Shown here piece by piece: positions 32,207-35,314 of a stretch of 35,314 bases of DNA (within the stretch, counting starts at the first letter, position 1; every line of letters begins with the position of its first letter). This DNA is from Squalus acanthias (lineage: Eukaryota), in contig JASTWF010000148.1 of NCBI GenBank assembly GCA_030390025.1, positions 152,687-188,000 of the forward strand, written 5' to 3'. The notes beneath the pieces are model-generated. The model was given only the letters and a program-made list of their open reading frames with translations. It had not been told where the DNA came from and made no database searches. Both the position numbers and the translations under genes were made by a program.

Positions 32207-35200
32207 AAGTGTATTTTAATTTAAATTAATTAAAGGGTAAATAATATTAATAAATTTAATTAATTACATAGCATGGGAGAGCAGGTGATGTGTTACTGCT
32301 GCAATATGTGGGAGCTGGTGGACACCATTGATGTTCACGGTGATCACATTTGCAGTAAGTGTTGGCTGCTCGAGGAACTCCGGCTCCGTGTTGATGAGCT
32401 GGAGTCCAAGCTTCAAACACTGCGACACATCAGGGAGGGGGAGAGTTACCTGGACTCTGTGTTCCAGGAGGTAGTCCCACCAATTAGATTAACTAATTCA
32501 GATGTAGCCCGTGATCAGGGACAGGAGGGTGTGACTACGAGTGAGGCAGGTACGGGGATCCAGGAGGTAGTGTTGGAGGAGCCGCAGCCCTTGCTCTTGT
32601 CCAACAGGTTCGAGGCTCTTACACCCTGTGAGGACGGGAGCAGGGACTGCAGGGAGGATGAGCAACCTGGCCACAGCACCGTGGTACGGGGAGCCATTCA
32701 AGTGGGGGGAGTAAAAAGAAATGTTGTAGTGGTAGGGGATAGTATCATTAAGGGGATAGATAGGGTTCTTTGCAGCCGAGAGCAAGAGTCCCGAAGGCTA
32801 TGTTGCCTGCCCGGTGCCAGGGTTGAGGACATCTCCTCTGGGCTGGAGAGAAACTTGGAGTGGGAGGGGGAAGATCCAGTTGTCGTGGTCCACGTTGGTA
32901 CCAATGACATAGATATGACAAGGAATGAGGTTCTGCTGAGGGAGTATGAGCAGCTAGGGGCCAAATTAAAAACAGAACCTCTAGGGTAGTAATCTCTGGA
33001 TTACTACCTGAGCCACGAGCAAATTTGGCTAGGGTAAATAAAATCAGAGAGTTAAATGCGTGGCTCAAAGACTGGTGTGGGAGAAATGGGTTTTGCTTCC
33101 TGGGACACTGGCACCAGTACTGGGACAGGAGAGAGCTGTTCCGTTGGGACGGACTTCACTTGGCCAGTGCTGGGACTGGAGTCCTGGCGAATCGAATAAT
33201 TGGGGCTGTAGAGAGGGCTTTAAACTAATTAGTGGGGGGGAGGTTTCAAGAGAGCAAAAAATAAAAATGTCAGCGGAGAAGGCAATAGAGCAAAGTAGCA
33301 GTGGGGTAATTAAAAACCAGAGCGTGTCAAGAAGGGACAGAATATATAAAGATAAAGGTAAAGTAGTAAAGGGGGTAAAAGCAGGAATAAATTGTCACAA
33401 AACATATTTAAAAGTTCTTTATCTGAATGCACGCAGCATTCGTAACAAAATAGACGAGTTGACGGTACAAATAACTACGTATGGGTATGATCTTGTGGCC
33501 ATTACAGAAACATGGCTGCAGGGTGACAACGATTGGGAATTAAATATGCCAGGGTATTTAACAATCAGGAAGGACAGGCAGGAAGGAAGAGGAGGTGGGG
33601 TAGCTATGTTAATAAAGGAAGGAATCACTGTATTACAGAGAAATGATATTGGGTCAAAGGATCAGGATAATGAAACAGTTTGGGTGGAGATAAGGAATAA
33701 TAAGGGGAAAAAAACACAAGTGGGAGTAGTATATAGGCCTCCTAATAGTTGCAACTCTGCTGGAAGAAGTATTAATCAGGAAATAGTTGGGGCATGTAAT
33801 AAGGGAACAGCTATAATTATGGGGGATTTTAACTATCATATTAACTGGACAAATCAAATTGGGCAGGGCAGCCTTGAGGAAGAGTTTATTGAGTGTATTA
33901 GGGATGGATTTCTTGAGCAGTATGTAACTGATCCTACAAGGGGGCAAGCAACCTTGGACCTGGTACTGTGTAATGAGTCAGGATTAATTAATAATGTCCT
34001 AGTTAAGGATCCCCTTGGAATGAGTGACCATAACATGGTTGAATTCCATATCCAATTAGAGGGTGAGAAGGTTGGTTCTCAGACAAGCGTACTGAGCTTG
34101 AATAAAGGAGACTATGATGGTATGAGAGCGGAATTGATTAAAGTGGACTGGGAAAATAGATTAAAGGGTAAGACGGTACATGAGCAGTGGTGTTCATTTA
34201 AGGAGTTATTTTACAACTTTCAAAAAATATATATTCCACTGAGGAAAAAAGGGTGTAAAAGAAATGACAGCCATCCATGGCTAAGTAAAGAAATTAAGGA
34301 TAGTATCCAACTAAAAACCAGGACATATAAGGTAGCCAAACTTAGTGGGAGGATAGAAGATTGGGAAGTCTTCAAAAGACAGCAAAAAGTAACTAAAGGA
34401 TTGATTAAGAAAGGGAAGATAGATTATGAAAATAAATTAGCAAAAAATATAAAAACAGATAGCAAGAGTTTCTATAGTTATATAAAAAGAAAAAGGGTGG
34501 CTAAGGCAAACGTAGGTCCCTTAGAGGATGAGACCGGGAAATTAATGGTGGGAAACATGGAGATGGCAAAAATGCTGAACAAATATTTTGTTTCAGTCTT
34601 TACGGTAGAGGACACAAAGAATATCCCAACACTGGACAAACAGGGGGCTCTAGGGGGGAGGAGCTAAATACGATTAAAATCACTAAGGAATTGGTACTCA
34701 GTAAAATAATGGGGACTCAAGGCGGATAAATCCCCTGGACCTGATGGCTTACATCCTAGGGTCTTGAGGGAAGTGGCAGTAGGGATTGTGGATGCTTTGG
34801 TAATAATTTTCCAAAATTCCCTGGACTCAGCAAAGGTCCCGGCAGATTGGAAAACTGCTAATGTAACACCCTTATTTAAAAAGGGTAGTAGGCAGAAGGC
34901 TGGAAATTATAGACCAGTTAGTCTAACATCTGTGGTGGGTAAAATTTTGGAGTCTATTATTAAGGAGACAGTAACGGAACATTTAGATAAACATAATTTA
35001 ATAGGACAAAGTCAGCATGGCTTTATGAAGGGGAAGTCATGTCTGACAAATTTGCTTGAGTTCTTTGAGGACATAACGTACAGGGTGGATAAAGGGGAAC
35101 CAATGGACGTAGTGTATTTAGACTTCCAGAAGGCATTCGACAAGGTGCCACATAAAAGATTATTGCTCAAGGTAAAAAATCACTGGATTGGGGGTAATAT

Positions 35201-35314
35201 TCTGGCATGGGTGGAGGATTGGTTATCTAACAGGAAGCAGAGAGTTGGGATAAATGGTTCATTCTCGGACTGGCAACCAGTAGCCAGTGGTGTTCCGCAG
35301 GGGTCGGTGCTGGG
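32207..35314 (+). mobile_element. CR1-clade LINE copy E3, runs off the window end
   Basis: ORF1 32273-33228 (CYCCNMWE..HICSKC, GDS, HVGTND, DGLH; frameshift ~32970). ORF2 from ~33268 with endonuclease motifs, indels near 34655-34715, and RT up to GVPQGSVLG at the window edge. Confidence 0.94.

Overview
Eukaryotic, repeat-rich window, most likely from a cartilaginous fish (inferred from the receptor sequences and repeat types). It holds one apparently intact T-cell receptor alpha/delta V segment (leader 3071-3116, V exon 3228-3534, 23-bp-spacer RSS 3535-3573). 8-14 kb downstream are two copies of immunoglobulin heavy-chain membrane exons (TM1+TM2, IgM-like). They point away from each other inside a ~2 kb-arm inverted duplication (~10330-12362 / ~16385-18700), whose spacer is mostly a ~3.6 kb 52/53-bp minisatellite. 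The plus copy is open; the minus copy is frameshifted. I found no D, J or CH exons. The rest is three long CR1-clade LINEs that appear to be ORF1/ORF2 mosaics, several 5'-truncated CR1/L2 fragments, a decayed C2H2 zinc-finger exon, several minisatellites, and a second inverted pair of YY1/NRF1 promoter + two tandem arrays + CR1 (23350-25122 vs 31018-32272). All identities were judged by eye; nothing was computed or searched.
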